Positions 24,921 to 35,582 of a stretch of DNA of 44,721 bases are shown in pieces (the first letter of the stretch is position 1; each line of letters opens with the position of its first letter). The stretch covers positions 1 through 44,721 of IMG/VR virus record IMGVR_UViG_3300042363_000536. One strand, 5' to 3'. The notes below the pieces were generated by a model. It did not search any database. It saw only the letters and a list, made by a program, of their open reading frames with translations, and was not told where the DNA came from. Position numbers and translations under genes: made by a program. Source of the DNA: a virus (lineage: Duplodnaviria; Caudoviricetes).

Positions 24921-26390
24921 ATGTCATCGACTCCGACCCCGTACAATCGCCAAGCAAACTTCGTCACCGACGCCCAAGGTAACGCGAACATCACCGTGTC
25001 GCAGGTCGCCGTGGAGCTTGACGCCGAGTTCGATGCGATCAACGTCAGCCTAGACCAGACGCAATCACGCCTGTCGGAGATACAGCGCGACGACGGCGCA
25101 CTGCGAAACGGTATCGTGACGTCTGATGCCCTTGCATCTGGCGCACTGGATCAAGCGATCAGTAACTACCAGACCTACGGGCAGGCGACTCCGATGACTC
25201 GTTGGTCGGCCACGGGTACGGGATCGCAGACGACCTTTACCATTCTTGGCGCAACGCTGACGTATAGCAGCAGCTACCTCGTCACCATCGACGGCGTGAC
25301 ACAAGACCCGTTGAGCTATGCAGTGAGCACCAACACGATCGTGTTCACTGAAGCGCCTCCTGCGGGTACCTCGATCGTGATTGTCTGTCTCGGGTATCAG
25401 CGCGCCATTGTGACCCCGAACCTTGGTGCCGGGGCAATTACGAACGCTTTAATCGCTGACGATGCAGTTACGAGCGGTAAGATCGCTGCGGGTGCGGTGG
25501 GTACGGCAGACATCGCTGACGGAGCTATTACGACTGCGAAGATTGCTGCGGGCGCGGTCGTGACTGAGGATCTTGCGAACAGTGCGGTCACTTCTGAAAA
25601 GATCGCAGACGGCGCAGTCAATACAAACGACATTGCTGACGGTGCAGTGACGACAGCGAAGATTGCGGCGGGGGCAGTGGTTACGCTTGACCTTGCTGAC
25701 AGTGCAGTGACAACGGCCAAGATTGCGAACGGTGCGGTTACTCTTGCAAAGCTCGGCGGCGACGTTTCTTTCACCCCAGCAGACGGAAGCATTACGACTG
25801 CGAAACTTGCCAACAACGCCGTGACCGCCGCAAAGCTCGGAAGCAACGAGCAGAGGCAGATTTGCAAGGCGTGGGTGAATTTCAATGGAGCCTTTACCCT
25901 TTACACATCTCAATCGTATTCCCAGACGGGAACGACGATTACCATAGGTACATCGGGGTTTGGAGTAGGTGGGCTTGTAGTTGGGCAGCTTGCAGTAGTT
26001 TCAGCGGTTGCCTCTGGCGCATTGTCCGTTGGAACAATTCTAACTGTGACCTCCATCAATAGCGGCACGGGCGTCGTTACTTTTAGCAGCCCTGTATCTC
26101 TAACGACTAGCGGAACCTGTAACTGGATCTTAAATTTGATCCGATCCTCCTACAACGTCTCGTCCATCACGAAGAACGGGGCAGGCGACTACACGGTGAA
26201 CTTTGCAACGCCTATGGCTGATGCGAATTATACGGCTACTTGTTCTACTGCCGGGAACGGTGCAACGATACGGCCTTGTGATGAAGTTACTCTTAGAACA
26301 AGTTCGTTAATCAGATTGCTTTCTTACACATTCAACGGTGGAGGACCTACCGATTACACAGTTATTAACCTCCAAATCTTCGGAAACTAA
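24921..26390 (+). CDS. Tail fibre (first copy)
   Basis: Anchor paralogous to 2842; 10-aa [10 protein letters not shown] repeats; C-terminal KAWVNFNG...YNVSSIT..G.GDYTVNF. Confidence 0.85.
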   Translation: MSSTPTPYNRQANFVTDAQGNANITVSQVAVELDAEFDAINVSLDQTQSRLSEIQRDDGALRNGIVTSDALASGALDQAISNYQTYGQATPMTRWSATGTGSQTTFTILGATLTYSSSYLVTIDGVTQDPLSYAVSTNTIVFTEAPPAGTSIVIVCLGYQRAIVTPNLGAGAITNALIADDAVTSGKIAAGAVGTADIADGAITTAKIAAGAVVTEDLANSAVTSEKIADGAVNTNDIADGAVTTAKIAAGAVVTLDLADSAVTTAKIANGAVTLAKLGGDVSFTPADGSITTAKLANNAVTAAKLGSNEQRQICKAWVNFNGAFTLYTSQSYSQTGTTITIGTSGFGVGGLVVGQLAVVSAVASGALSVGTILTVTSINSGTGVVTFSSPVSLTTSGTCNWILNLIRSSYNVSSITKNGAGDYTVNFATPMADANYTATCSTAGNGATIRPCDEVTLRTSSLIRLLSYTFNGGGPTDYTVINLQIFGN

Positions 26391-26391
26391 T

Positions 26392-26799
26392 ATGCCATTC
26401 ATCACCTACCCCCAGCCAAACGGACAAGTCGCGGTCATCATCCCCGCAGGTGATGTGAACGATGCCATCAAGGATGTTCCTGCTAACACGCCCTACAAGA
26501 TCGTGGACACCATCGACATCGACAACGACTACTTCAATGCCTACGACTACTCCGAAGGGTCAGGCGCAGAGGTCAACATCGACAAGGCGAAGGCACTCCA
26601 CCTCGACAAGTTCCGCGAGGCTCGCAAGCCCCTCCTCTCCAAGCTCGATGTTGACTACATGAAGGCCATCGAAGTCGAGGACAGCACAAAAGCCTCAGAG
26701 ATCGCAGTCGCCAAACAAGAACTTCGGGACGTGACAAAGATCGAACTCCCTGACACGCTGGAAGAAATCAAGGCCACTTGGCCGGAAATCTTAAATTGA
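26392..26799 (+). CDS. Putative tail fibre assembly/accessory protein
   Basis: G.VAVIIP...KDVP...YKIVD, REARKPLL..LDV, KQELRDVT; follows the fibre. Confidence 0.65.
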   Translation: MPFITYPQPNGQVAVIIPAGDVNDAIKDVPANTPYKIVDTIDIDNDYFNAYDYSEGSGAEVNIDKAKALHLDKFREARKPLLSKLDVDYMKAIEVEDSTKASEIAVAKQELRDVTKIELPDTLEEIKATWPEILN

Positions 26800-26800
26800 T

Positions 26801-28543
26801 ATGTCCATTACCAAAGTCACTCGCTCTGTATCAACGATTCTACCTGTCGGTACTGCCGACATCACGAATGCGTCTGTCACGAATGCAAAGATCGCTGATG
26901 CGGCTGTCACTACCGCAAAGGTAGCTGATGGTGCGATTACGAGTGCAAAACTGGCACCGGGAACCACGCTGTCTGTTAGCGTGACGGATGGTGCCATTAC
27001 GACTCCGAAAATTGCAGACGCGAACGTGACTGGCGCGAAGCTGGAAAATGTTTCCGGCCTTACCGCTGGCACCTACGGGACTGCAACGGCTGTTCCTGCG
27101 ATCACAGTTGACGCAAAGGGCCGTGTCACCGCCGTAACCACGAACCCTGTCTCTGTGTCTGCGCCTCGTGTTCGCGCAACGAAGTTCGCAGAAGTGAACG
27201 GCGGCAATGCGTCTACGACAGCAGCGTACACTTGGACATCGTTTCTGGATTCTCAGGGTACTATGCGCTTTGCCGGAACCGATTTGACAGGACGCTTTGG
27301 TACTGGCGGCGAGCTTGCCAACTCTGTAGGCGGAGGTTTCTTCACTGCACAGATTCCATTTACTGACGCAAACGAAGCCGTGGCTAGGTATTATACGACT
27401 CCGAACGCCACGCTCGTCCTTTCCACGACTGGTAACGTCTATTCGACTGGTGGTAACGCGTCTGGCGTACTTGGTGTCGGCGATACGACAGACCGAAATG
27501 TTTTCGTCAAAGTCGCCATTTCAAATGTCGCCCAGTTGTCTGTTTCGGGAGAGGGGACTAACACTACAGATTACCACGCTCTCGCAGTCACAACTTCGGG
27601 AGCGTTGTACGCATGGGGGCGAAATGCTGAAGGTCAACTTGGCGACGGTACTACGACGCAACGAAACGCCCCTGTTCTGATTAGCGGCGGTGCACTTGCA
27701 GGAAAAACGATTACCAAGTGCTTTGCTTTTGGTAACATCGGCCACTCGTTTGTGATCGACTCTAACCGCGACCTCTACGCTACTGGGTACAACGGATACG
27801 GTACACTTGGTTTGGGTGACACAACAAACCGTAACACATTTACCAAAGTCAGCCTTGTTAAGGCGGACAGTGTTTTCGGGGTCGGTGGAGCAAACGGCTC
27901 ATGGCCTCGCGGTACGTCGTGGATCATTTGGGACGGCAACGTGTATAGCACGGGTTCCAATGTTGGCGGTGAAATCGGAGACGGTACGACTGTCGATAAA
28001 ACTTCTTTCACCCAGATCAGCGGACTCTCGAATGTCGCGTCGCTCGCAGTCAGCAACAACTACGCACAGGACGGTGCGTCTGTTGCAGCACTCCTTACAG
28101 ACGGTACGGTTCGCGTCTGGGGTAGGAATCCTGCAAGCGGTCAGCTTGGCCTGAACACGACGACCAATCAGCTTACGCCGACAACTTTGGCTGGCGGGTT
28201 CGCCACAACCACGTTCTCGAAGATCATGTTCGGCGGGTATGTTTCAAACGCTAGGTTCTTTGCGCTGACAACGACGGGATTGCTCCATTCCTGCGGAGCT
28301 GCAACATACGCGGCTGGCGACGGTACTACTGTAATCAGGCTTGTGTTGACTCCTGTTCGCCAGTTCAGCGGACTCACGTTCACCGATTTCCGAGTCTATG
28401 GGGACACCGGGCCTAATTTGACGGTAATGGCGATTACGCCAAACGGAGAGCTTTGGGCTTGGGGTTACAACAACGCTTTGCAGACAGGTATGGGAACTTC
28501 TGGCTCCACGATCTCGATCCCGCAGCGGATTTCTCTGAGTTAA
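26801..28543 (+). CDS. Tail fibre with RCC1/BLIP-II-like beta-propeller head
   Basis: IADAAVTTAK repeats, ITVDAKGRVT, multiple [WT]G.N..G[QT]LG.G.TT.R repeats. Confidence 0.8.
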   Translation: MSITKVTRSVSTILPVGTADITNASVTNAKIADAAVTTAKVADGAITSAKLAPGTTLSVSVTDGAITTPKIADANVTGAKLENVSGLTAGTYGTATAVPAITVDAKGRVTAVTTNPVSVSAPRVRATKFAEVNGGNASTTAAYTWTSFLDSQGTMRFAGTDLTGRFGTGGELANSVGGGFFTAQIPFTDANEAVARYYTTPNATLVLSTTGNVYSTGGNASGVLGVGDTTDRNVFVKVAISNVAQLSVSGEGTNTTDYHALAVTTSGALYAWGRNAEGQLGDGTTTQRNAPVLISGGALAGKTITKCFAFGNIGHSFVIDSNRDLYATGYNGYGTLGLGDTTNRNTFTKVSLVKADSVFGVGGANGSWPRGTSWIIWDGNVYSTGSNVGGEIGDGTTVDKTSFTQISGLSNVASLAVSNNYAQDGASVAALLTDGTVRVWGRNPASGQLGLNTTTNQLTPTTLAGGFATTTFSKIMFGGYVSNARFFALTTTGLLHSCGAATYAAGDGTTVIRLVLTPVRQFSGLTFTDFRVYGDTGPNLTVMAITPNGELWAWGYNNALQTGMGTSGSTISIPQRISLS

Positions 28544-28549
28544 GGAAAT

Positions 28550-28771
28550 ATGAGCGGCATCGACGACATCTCACACAGCATCGGCAGACTCGAATCCAAA
28601 GTGGATCAGCTCCTCGAAGCGCACGATAAATTCGACGAGAAATTCGACCGCCATGACGAGCGGTTGAAGGGACTTGAGGGGCATAAGAGCTATGTCCTTG
28701 GAGTCGTGGCAGCCGTGAGCCTGCTTTTCACGGTCGTTGTTGAGTACGCCAAGGCGAAACTCTTTGGTTGA
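28550..28771 (+). CDS. Coiled-coil plus TM protein (holin/antiholin-like)
   Basis: IGRLESKVDQL...C-terminal TM helix; heads the lysis cassette. Confidence 0.6.
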   Translation: MSGIDDISHSIGRLESKVDQLLEAHDKFDEKFDRHDERLKGLEGHKSYVLGVVAAVSLLFTVVVEYAKAKLFG

Positions 28772-28813
28772 TTCCTGTTGACCGACACGGCCAACAGTTC
28801 TAAACACACATCT

Positions 28814-29215
28814 ATGTACGACATCCCAAGCATGGTCGAGGCTGGCCTGAAGGTCATCGACAAACTGGTTCCCGACGCAGACGCGAAGAGCCGCGCCCGG
28901 GAGGCTTACGAGCTTGAGATCCTGAAGCTGGCGCAACAGGAATCCTCTGGGCAGACGCAGGTGAACGCCGTTGAGGCGGCGCACGCGTCTTCATGGGTTT
29001 CGGGGTGGAGACCCTTCGTTGGCTGGGTGTGTGGACTGGGCTTCGCTTGGGCGACGCTTGGGCAGCCCGTCCTGTCGTTCTCCTACGCTCTTTACACCAA
29101 GCACCCCGCTCCTGTCGTCGCGCTTCCTACTGACATCCTAATGACCACGTTGTTAGGAATGTTAGGTTTGGGCGCGCTCAGAACTGTCGAAAAAATTAAA
29201 TCCGTCGCAAGATGA
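28814..29215 (+). CDS. GTA-type 3TM holin
   Basis: VEAAH.S.WVSGWRPFVGWVCG, LLGMLGLGALRTVEK. Confidence 0.85.
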   Translation: MYDIPSMVEAGLKVIDKLVPDADAKSRAREAYELEILKLAQQESSGQTQVNAVEAAHASSWVSGWRPFVGWVCGLGFAWATLGQPVLSFSYALYTKHPAPVVALPTDILMTTLLGMLGLGALRTVEKIKSVAR

Positions 29216-29658
29216 TTGACGATCGCTCTGCAAAAACTATTTCGACGCTGCACCCAAAAGTGCAGCCTGTGATGCGCGACTTCCTGATCGAAGCCAAAAA
29301 GTATTTTCAGGAAAAGGGGGTAGAAGTTAAAGCCATCTCTGGCAACCGTACTTGGGCCGAGCAAGATGCGCTTTACGCTAAAGGTAGAACAGCTCCCGGC
29401 CCGAAGGTAACAAACGCAAAGGGCGGTCAGAGCAATCACAATTTCGGCCTTGCGATCGACTTAGGGTTGTTCGCCAACGGTAAGTATCTCCAAGACAGTC
29501 CGTTCTACGCACACATCGGTAGGATTGTGGAGAAATTTCCCGCTTTGGAGTGGGGAGGTGGGTGGAAGTTTGTGGATGAGCCGCACGTTCAGTATCGCGT
29601 TCCTTATACGATGGCTCAGTTAAGGGAGCGCGTTACATCCGGCAAAGCAATCGTGTGA
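29212..29658 (+). CDS. M15-family peptidase endolysin
   Basis: RT.AEQDALYAKGRT.PG..VTNA.GGQSNHNFGLAID...WGG.W...DEPHVQ. Confidence 0.92.
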   Translation: MIDDRSAKTISTLHPKVQPVMRDFLIEAKKYFQEKGVEVKAISGNRTWAEQDALYAKGRTAPGPKVTNAKGGQSNHNFGLAIDLGLFANGKYLQDSPFYAHIGRIVEKFPALEWGGGWKFVDEPHVQYRVPYTMAQLRERVTSGKAIV

Positions 29659-31295
29659 CTAAGAATCCAGACACACAAGAAGTAGCTGCGTATCAGAAGA
29701 AACTCGCTGCGGCGAAGCGGCTTTTAGCTGCACAGAAATCGCGTACAAGTTTTCTTGATTTTGCGCGGCTAATGATGCCCGATATTGAAGATGCAGATAA
29801 TCCCGACAAATCCCGTTTTCTGGTTGCCCCTCACCATCGCTTGCTTGCCGAAGCACTTGAGAAAGTCGCCCGGGGCGAAATCCTGCGTCTATGTATTTCT
29901 TTAGCACCGAGGCATGGCAAGTCGGAGATGTGCTCGCGTCTGTTCCCGGCGTGGTTTCTGGGCCAAGACCCGTACAGACAGATTATCTTAGCGGGGGCGT
30001 CTGGGGATTTTGCGACGGCGGAGTTCGGGAGGAAGATCAAATCCATTGTGACCTCGCCGATGTATCGGCAAGTGTTCCCGAAAGCATCACTACATGGCGG
30101 CTCGAAATCTGTTGAGAATCTTGTGTTCACCGAGGGTGGCAACATCAAGTCCATTGGTAAGGGCGCTCAAGTGGTTGGCCGTGGCGCAGACCTTCTCGTT
30201 ATTGACGATCCTATATCTGGTCTCGAAGAGGCTATGAGCCCGTCTGAGCGTGAAAAGCTTTGGGGTTGGTTCACGTCGGACGCAATGAGCCGTCTCATGC
30301 CCGGTGGCCGTGTAATCGTGATTCACCAGAGGTGGCACAATTCAGACTTGATTGGCAGGCTCGTCGATCCCGAGTGTCCTGAATACGATCCAGAGATTGC
30401 GAGCAAGTGGACGCACATCAAACTGCCTGCGGTGATCGACAGTGAGAATCTTTCCAAGGCCCTTGGTATTCCGCTTGAGGCGCAGACTGATCCTGAGATT
30501 ACGGCACAGTTCGGTACGCAGCCGATTTCTGCATTGTGGCCTGAACGGTTTGGCCTCAAATTTTTCGCAGAGTTAAGGCGTCAGAACCCCAAGTCGTTCG
30601 AGGCCCTGTACCGTGGAACCCCGAGACTGGAAGAAGGGGAGTTCTTTAAGGGGGAATGGTTCAAGGGGTACAAGCCCCATGAGCTGCCGAGGAACCTGAG
30701 AACCTACATGGCAGGCGATTTTGCCGTGTCCACCAAACAGACAGCCGACAAAACGTGTCTGATCCCTGTCGGAGTGGACGAGCAGGGTACGGTTTGGATC
30801 TTGCCCGATGTCGTTTGGCGTCGAATGGACGCTGAAGCGACGGTTGAGGCTATTATCGAGATGATAAAGCGGCACAAACCCCTCTATTTCTGGGCTGAAA
30901 AGGGTCACATTTCGCAGTCTTTGGGGCCGTTTTTGCGGAAAAGGATGCAGGAAGAGGGGGCAAACTGCACGATTGTCGAGAAAACGCCCGTAAAGGACAA
31001 GTTGACACGCGCCCAGTCGTTCAACGCCTTGGTTTCCCTTGGAAGGGTCAGATTTCCCACTTTTGCGCCTTGGTGGCGGGATGCGGAGGCTGAAATGCTC
31101 CGTTTTCCAGAGGCCGCGCATGACGATTTCGTCGATTGCGCCGCGTGGCTGGGCATCGGGATTGCCATGCAGACAAAAGCCAGCAAACCCAGACAGAAAG
31201 ACACAGGCCCCCGGGAGGGTACGCTTGGCTGGATTAAAGGGGCCTCCAAATGGGAGGCCAAGCAAAAGAGGCTTGCTTTAGCAGACGGCTTCTAG
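29655..31295 (+). CDS. terL: Terminase large subunit
   Basis: APRHGKSE, LLVIDDP, IHQRWH, GDFAVS, HDDFVD. Confidence 0.95.
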   Translation: MTKNPDTQEVAAYQKKLAAAKRLLAAQKSRTSFLDFARLMMPDIEDADNPDKSRFLVAPHHRLLAEALEKVARGEILRLCISLAPRHGKSEMCSRLFPAWFLGQDPYRQIILAGASGDFATAEFGRKIKSIVTSPMYRQVFPKASLHGGSKSVENLVFTEGGNIKSIGKGAQVVGRGADLLVIDDPISGLEEAMSPSEREKLWGWFTSDAMSRLMPGGRVIVIHQRWHNSDLIGRLVDPECPEYDPEIASKWTHIKLPAVIDSENLSKALGIPLEAQTDPEITAQFGTQPISALWPERFGLKFFAELRRQNPKSFEALYRGTPRLEEGEFFKGEWFKGYKPHELPRNLRTYMAGDFAVSTKQTADKTCLIPVGVDEQGTVWILPDVVWRRMDAEATVEAIIEMIKRHKPLYFWAEKGHISQSLGPFLRKRMQEEGANCTIVEKTPVKDKLTRAQSFNALVSLGRVRFPTFAPWWRDAEAEMLRFPEAAHDDFVDCAAWLGIGIAMQTKASKPRQKDTGPREGTLGWIKGASKWEAKQKRLALADGF

Positions 31296-31312
31296 GAGAT
31301 TTTTGACTTTAC

Positions 31313-33394
31313 ATGATCGACCCTACGACAGACCAACCTCCAACTTTCGACGACGCTGTGGCCGCTGGCGCTAACTCGTCGTATCTCAATCGCGAAACTC
31401 CCGAACCCGATCAGGCTCGTGCAGCGTTGGTCAAGCGTTGGCACGCAGCTATCACCAACGGCAAGAAGCATTGGGAGACTGCCTACAAGCAGATGCGCGA
31501 CGACATGGATTTTCTTGCTGGCGATCAGTGGCCGGGAGAGATCGACAAGAACAACAAGTACGTCGCCAACATTACGCAGCGTCATGTGCAACAGCGTGTC
31601 GCCGCTCTGTACGCCAAGAATCCTAAAGCCGTGGTACGCCGTCGCAAGACGCTTGATTTCATGGTGTGGGATGAAAAGGCTGCAACGCTCATGGCCGCCC
31701 AGCAGCAGATGGCTACTGGCATGATTACGCCGCAGCTTGAAATGCTTTTGCAGGATGTCACGCAGGGAATCCAGAAGCGTCAGATGTACGATCGCATCGC
31801 AAAGACGATGGAGATTGTTTTCACCTACGCACTGGCGGAGCAGCAGCCTTCGTTCAAGAGTCAGATGAAGCAACTCGTTCGCCGCGTCTGTGCTACGGGC
31901 GTCGGCTACATCAAGCTCGGCTACCATCGCGTGATGGAGAAGCGTCCCGAGGATGTCGATAAGATCACTGACATCACTCAGCAGATTGCAACGCTTGAGC
32001 GTTTGATCGCAGACAGCGTGGATGGCAAGACGACGGAAGTGCAGGCCGAGGCTGAACAGCTTCGTCTGTTGCTCGCCGAGATTCAGGCAAAGCCTGATGT
32101 GATCGTCAAAGAAGGATTGGTCTTTGACTTCCCGCAGAGCAACACGATCATCCCCGATCCACGTTGCCGTAACCTTCGTGGGTTTGTCGGCGCGCAGTGG
32201 GTGGCGCAGGAATTTATTCTCGATGTCAACGACATCAAGGAAATCTACAAGGTTGATATTTCCGGCAGCTATCGCCCGTACATCAACGTCAATAATTCGC
32301 CGACCGTACAGACAGCGCAGGAGAAAGACCGCGACCGTAAGATGTGCTGCGTCTGGGAAATCTATAACAAGGCAGACGGAATGAAGTACGTCATTGCTGA
32401 AGGCTACAAAGATTTCCTCGTTGAGCCCTGTGAACCTGAAGTCAAGCTAGAGCGTTTCTGGCCGTTCTTCACACTGTCGTTCAACGACGTTGAAAACGAT
32501 CGCAAGATTTTCCCTCCTTCGGATGTCGCACTGATCCGACCGATGCAGCGCGAATACAACCGCGCTCGTCAGGCCCTTCGCGAGCATCGTATCGCCAACC
32601 GTCCGAAGACAGCGGTTCCCGCTGGTATGCTGGATGAGTCTGACGTTGAGAAGCTACAGACACATCCTGCTAACGCGGTCATCACGCTTAACGCGCTTCA
32701 GCCGAACCAGTCTGTAGATTCCGTCCTTCAGGTCATTAAGAATCCGCCGATTGATCCGAACCTGTACGACACGGAAGTTATCTTCGCAGACGTGCAGCGT
32801 GTCAGCGGTTCGCAGGAAGCAAATCTTGGTGGTACAGGAAACGGTACAGCTACAGAGTCTTCGATTGCAGAGTCGAGCCGTATGTCTTCGCTTCAGTCGA
32901 ACGTGGACGACCTCGACGATATGCTGACAGACCTAGCTCGGTCTGCGGGTCAGGTCATGCTGTTGGAAATGTCTGAGCAGACTGTGAAGCAGATTGCAGG
33001 CCCGGGATCGGTTTGGCCTGTGATGACAGCGAACGAAGTCGCGCAGGAACTTTTCCTTGAAGTCGAGGCGGGCTCCTCTGGCCGCCCAAACCAAGCAGTC
33101 GAACTCGCCAACTTCGAGAAGATTGCACCGACACTTCTTCAGATCCCCGGCATTGATCCGATGTGGCTCGCCAAGCAGGCCATTGTCCGTCTCAACGACA
33201 AGCTCGATGTCACAGACGCAATCACAGACTCGATGCAGTCAATCGTTTCGATGAACTCTGCGAAGCAGCCCGCCACTGGCGACCCGCAGAGTGACCCCAA
33301 TCTTCAGGGACAGAACGGAGGGCAAAACGCCCTTCCTGCACCTCAAGGCCCCCCTCCACAGGGGGAAAATCCAGCTCCCAGCGACATCGGCTAG
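31313..33394 (+). CDS. Portal protein
   Basis: 693 aa after terL; DMDFLAGDQW, TATESSI, EVEAGSSGRPN. Confidence 0.85.
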   Translation: MIDPTTDQPPTFDDAVAAGANSSYLNRETPEPDQARAALVKRWHAAITNGKKHWETAYKQMRDDMDFLAGDQWPGEIDKNNKYVANITQRHVQQRVAALYAKNPKAVVRRRKTLDFMVWDEKAATLMAAQQQMATGMITPQLEMLLQDVTQGIQKRQMYDRIAKTMEIVFTYALAEQQPSFKSQMKQLVRRVCATGVGYIKLGYHRVMEKRPEDVDKITDITQQIATLERLIADSVDGKTTEVQAEAEQLRLLLAEIQAKPDVIVKEGLVFDFPQSNTIIPDPRCRNLRGFVGAQWVAQEFILDVNDIKEIYKVDISGSYRPYINVNNSPTVQTAQEKDRDRKMCCVWEIYNKADGMKYVIAEGYKDFLVEPCEPEVKLERFWPFFTLSFNDVENDRKIFPPSDVALIRPMQREYNRARQALREHRIANRPKTAVPAGMLDESDVEKLQTHPANAVITLNALQPNQSVDSVLQVIKNPPIDPNLYDTEVIFADVQRVSGSQEANLGGTGNGTATESSIAESSRMSSLQSNVDDLDDMLTDLARSAGQVMLLEMSEQTVKQIAGPGSVWPVMTANEVAQELFLEVEAGSSGRPNQAVELANFEKIAPTLLQIPGIDPMWLAKQAIVRLNDKLDVTDAITDSMQSIVSMNSAKQPATGDPQSDPNLQGQNGGQNALPAPQGPPPQGENPAPSDIG

Positions 33395-33450
33395 TAAGTT
33401 TTTAACTTACCTGTTGACTTTTGCTGGGCACACACCATACAACAACCAAC

Positions 33451-34476
33451 ATGGACGATAACTTACAGGAGGCTTCGTCGGCCCCCATCGAGACAGAAGT
33501 GGCACCCGTTGAGTCTACCCCCGTGGTAGAAGCGCCGATTGCCGAAGACGCTAAATCCGATACCGCCACAGACACGTCTCCTGTGGGCGAGAAGCAGGTC
33601 GCTAAAGAGCCAACAAGTCTTATGGAGGCGGTGAAAGCCGCAGCCGTGAAAGACGAGGAAGCTGGGGATACGACCGCCCCGAAGCAGAAAGACGCCGTTT
33701 CTGAAACGGATTCCAATTCTGACAAGGCCCCAACGGACGAGGCCAAGGAGGAAGAGGGAGCCGCCAAAGACGAGAAAGTTCCTTTCCATAAACATCCCCG
33801 CTGGCAGGAGATGATCCGCGAACGCGATTCCTTCAAGGAAGAAGCGACGCAGTATCGTCAAATCACCAGCTACATGACGCAGAACCAGTTGAGCACCGAA
33901 GAGGTTGCCAAAGGGTTTGAGATCATGGCGGCAATGAAGAATAACCCTCTTCAGGCCCGTGAGATGTTGACCCAATACACCCGTGCGCTCGATGAGTACG
34001 CTGGCGTTATTCTTCCCCAAGACCTTTCCAAAAAGGTTGACGAGGGAACGATTGACGAAGCTGCCGCTCAAGAGCTTGCGAGAACCCGAAACGAAGCTAT
34101 GGCGAACCGCGCTAGGTATGAGCAACTTGCTCAGGCCCAACAGGTTCAATACCAGCAGGCTTCGCAACAGGCGATCCACGGAGCCGTGTCGGGTTGGGAA
34201 GAGACGATCAAGCAACGCGACGTTGATTACGCAGCAAAGCAAAATCTGGTTTTAGACCGAGCAAGGACATACCTCGCCCAAGGTCAGCCAAGGACTCCGC
34301 AAGAGGCCGTGGCGATCGTGGAAAGGGCATACGCCGATGTGAACGACACCCTCAAAGGTTTCGCTCCGCGAAGGCAGCCAGTTCGGACTGTGACCAGTAC
34401 TTCGTCCACAACAAACAGTCAGCCTGTGGCTAGGACGCTCCAAGAAGCGATCCGAATTGCGGCTGGCACCAACTAA
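33451..34476 (+). CDS. Capsid scaffolding protein
   Basis: Acidic disordered N-terminus, VPFHKHPRW, coiled coils; between portal and capsid. Confidence 0.75.
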   Translation: MDDNLQEASSAPIETEVAPVESTPVVEAPIAEDAKSDTATDTSPVGEKQVAKEPTSLMEAVKAAAVKDEEAGDTTAPKQKDAVSETDSNSDKAPTDEAKEEEGAAKDEKVPFHKHPRWQEMIRERDSFKEEATQYRQITSYMTQNQLSTEEVAKGFEIMAAMKNNPLQAREMLTQYTRALDEYAGVILPQDLSKKVDEGTIDEAAAQELARTRNEAMANRARYEQLAQAQQVQYQQASQQAIHGAVSGWEETIKQRDVDYAAKQNLVLDRARTYLAQGQPRTPQEAVAIVERAYADVNDTLKGFAPRRQPVRTVTSTSSTTNSQPVARTLQEAIRIAAGTN

Positions 34477-34485
34477 TCAAACATC

Positions 34486-35532
34486 ATGGCCTTTTCAGCA
34501 GGCGAACTCAGCAACATCGCGAATGCCGCGCTTGATTTCTACATCAAGGGCGACGCATTCTCCCAGACCATCCAGAACAAGCCCCTTCTGAATGCCCTCA
34601 TCGGCAAGCAGAAGACCTTCCCCGGTGGTAAGGGAAACATCAGCATCCCCGTCAAGGGGAACTACACCACGGCCATTGCGGGTTATACTCACAATGACAC
34701 CGTGTCCTACAGCAACCCCGCGAACATCCAGCGCGCCGTCTTCCCTTGGAAGGAAGTGCACGCAGGTATCGCCGTCACCCTGACCGAGCTGAAGATCGAC
34801 GGTATCTCCGTCGCCGACAGCACGACTGGGGCCAAGACCGTCGAGCACAGCGATCGCGAACTCACTGCCATCACCAACCTGCTTCAGGACAAACTTGAAG
34901 ACATGGGTGAGGGCTGGGCTCGTTCGTTCAACACGATGCTCTGGCGCGATGGTTCGCAGGACGCCAACCAAGTCCCCGGACTTCGTGCGCTCCTTACCGA
35001 CGTGGTTGCCACTGGCACCGTTGGCGGTATCGACCGTGCTACTTCCGCTTGGTGGAGGAATCGCAGCCTTGTTGGAGCCAACAAGATCACTGCTTCTGCC
35101 GCTAACCAGACGCTCACCAAGACCCTCCGCAGCGAGTTCCGTCAGCTTGCCCGTTATGGCAGCAAGCCTGACCTCATCCTCTGCGGTTCGGACTTCCTCA
35201 ACGCCCTCGAATCCGAGGTTGCTGAGAAGGGCATCTACACCCAGCAGGGCTTCGTCAAGAGCGGTAAGACCGACATCGGCCTTCCTGCCATCTCCATGAT
35301 GGGAGTGGGCGAGTTCGTCTACGACCCGACTCTGGACGACCTCTCGCTCGGCAAGCGTGCGTACTTCATCGACAGCAGCAAGATCCAGCTGCACGTCATG
35401 GAGGGTGAGGATCGCAAGACCCACAACCCCGCTCGCCCGTTCAACCAGTACGTCCTGTACCGCGCTATGACGTGGACTGGCGGTCTGGCCGCCACCCAGC
35501 TTAACAGCTCGGCGGTGTACGAGGTTGCCTAA
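34486..35532 (+). CDS. Major capsid protein
   Basis: 348 aa, strongest codon bias, position; TVGGIDRAT..WWRN, PDLILCG. Confidence 0.88.
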   Translation: MAFSAGELSNIANAALDFYIKGDAFSQTIQNKPLLNALIGKQKTFPGGKGNISIPVKGNYTTAIAGYTHNDTVSYSNPANIQRAVFPWKEVHAGIAVTLTELKIDGISVADSTTGAKTVEHSDRELTAITNLLQDKLEDMGEGWARSFNTMLWRDGSQDANQVPGLRALLTDVVATGTVGGIDRATSAWWRNRSLVGANKITASAANQTLTKTLRSEFRQLARYGSKPDLILCGSDFLNALESEVAEKGIYTQQGFVKSGKTDIGLPAISMMGVGEFVYDPTLDDLSLGKRAYFIDSSKIQLHVMEGEDRKTHNPARPFNQYVLYRAMTWTGGLAATQLNSSAVYEVA

Positions 35533-35552
35533 TCGGTAACAAATCATTGTTG

Positions 35553-35582
35553 GGGGGAGTCGGAAATAAACCCGGCTCCCCC
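35553..35582 (+). terminator. GC-rich hairpin after the capsid gene (weak terminator or stabiliser)
   Basis: GGGGGAGTCGG/CCGGCTCCCCC; no good U-tract. Confidence 0.5.

Noticed and set aside
2842-28543. Diversity-generating retroelement or invertible fibre switch
   Set aside because: No reverse transcriptase, adenine-variant TR/VR pair, invertase or flanking inverted sites were seen.
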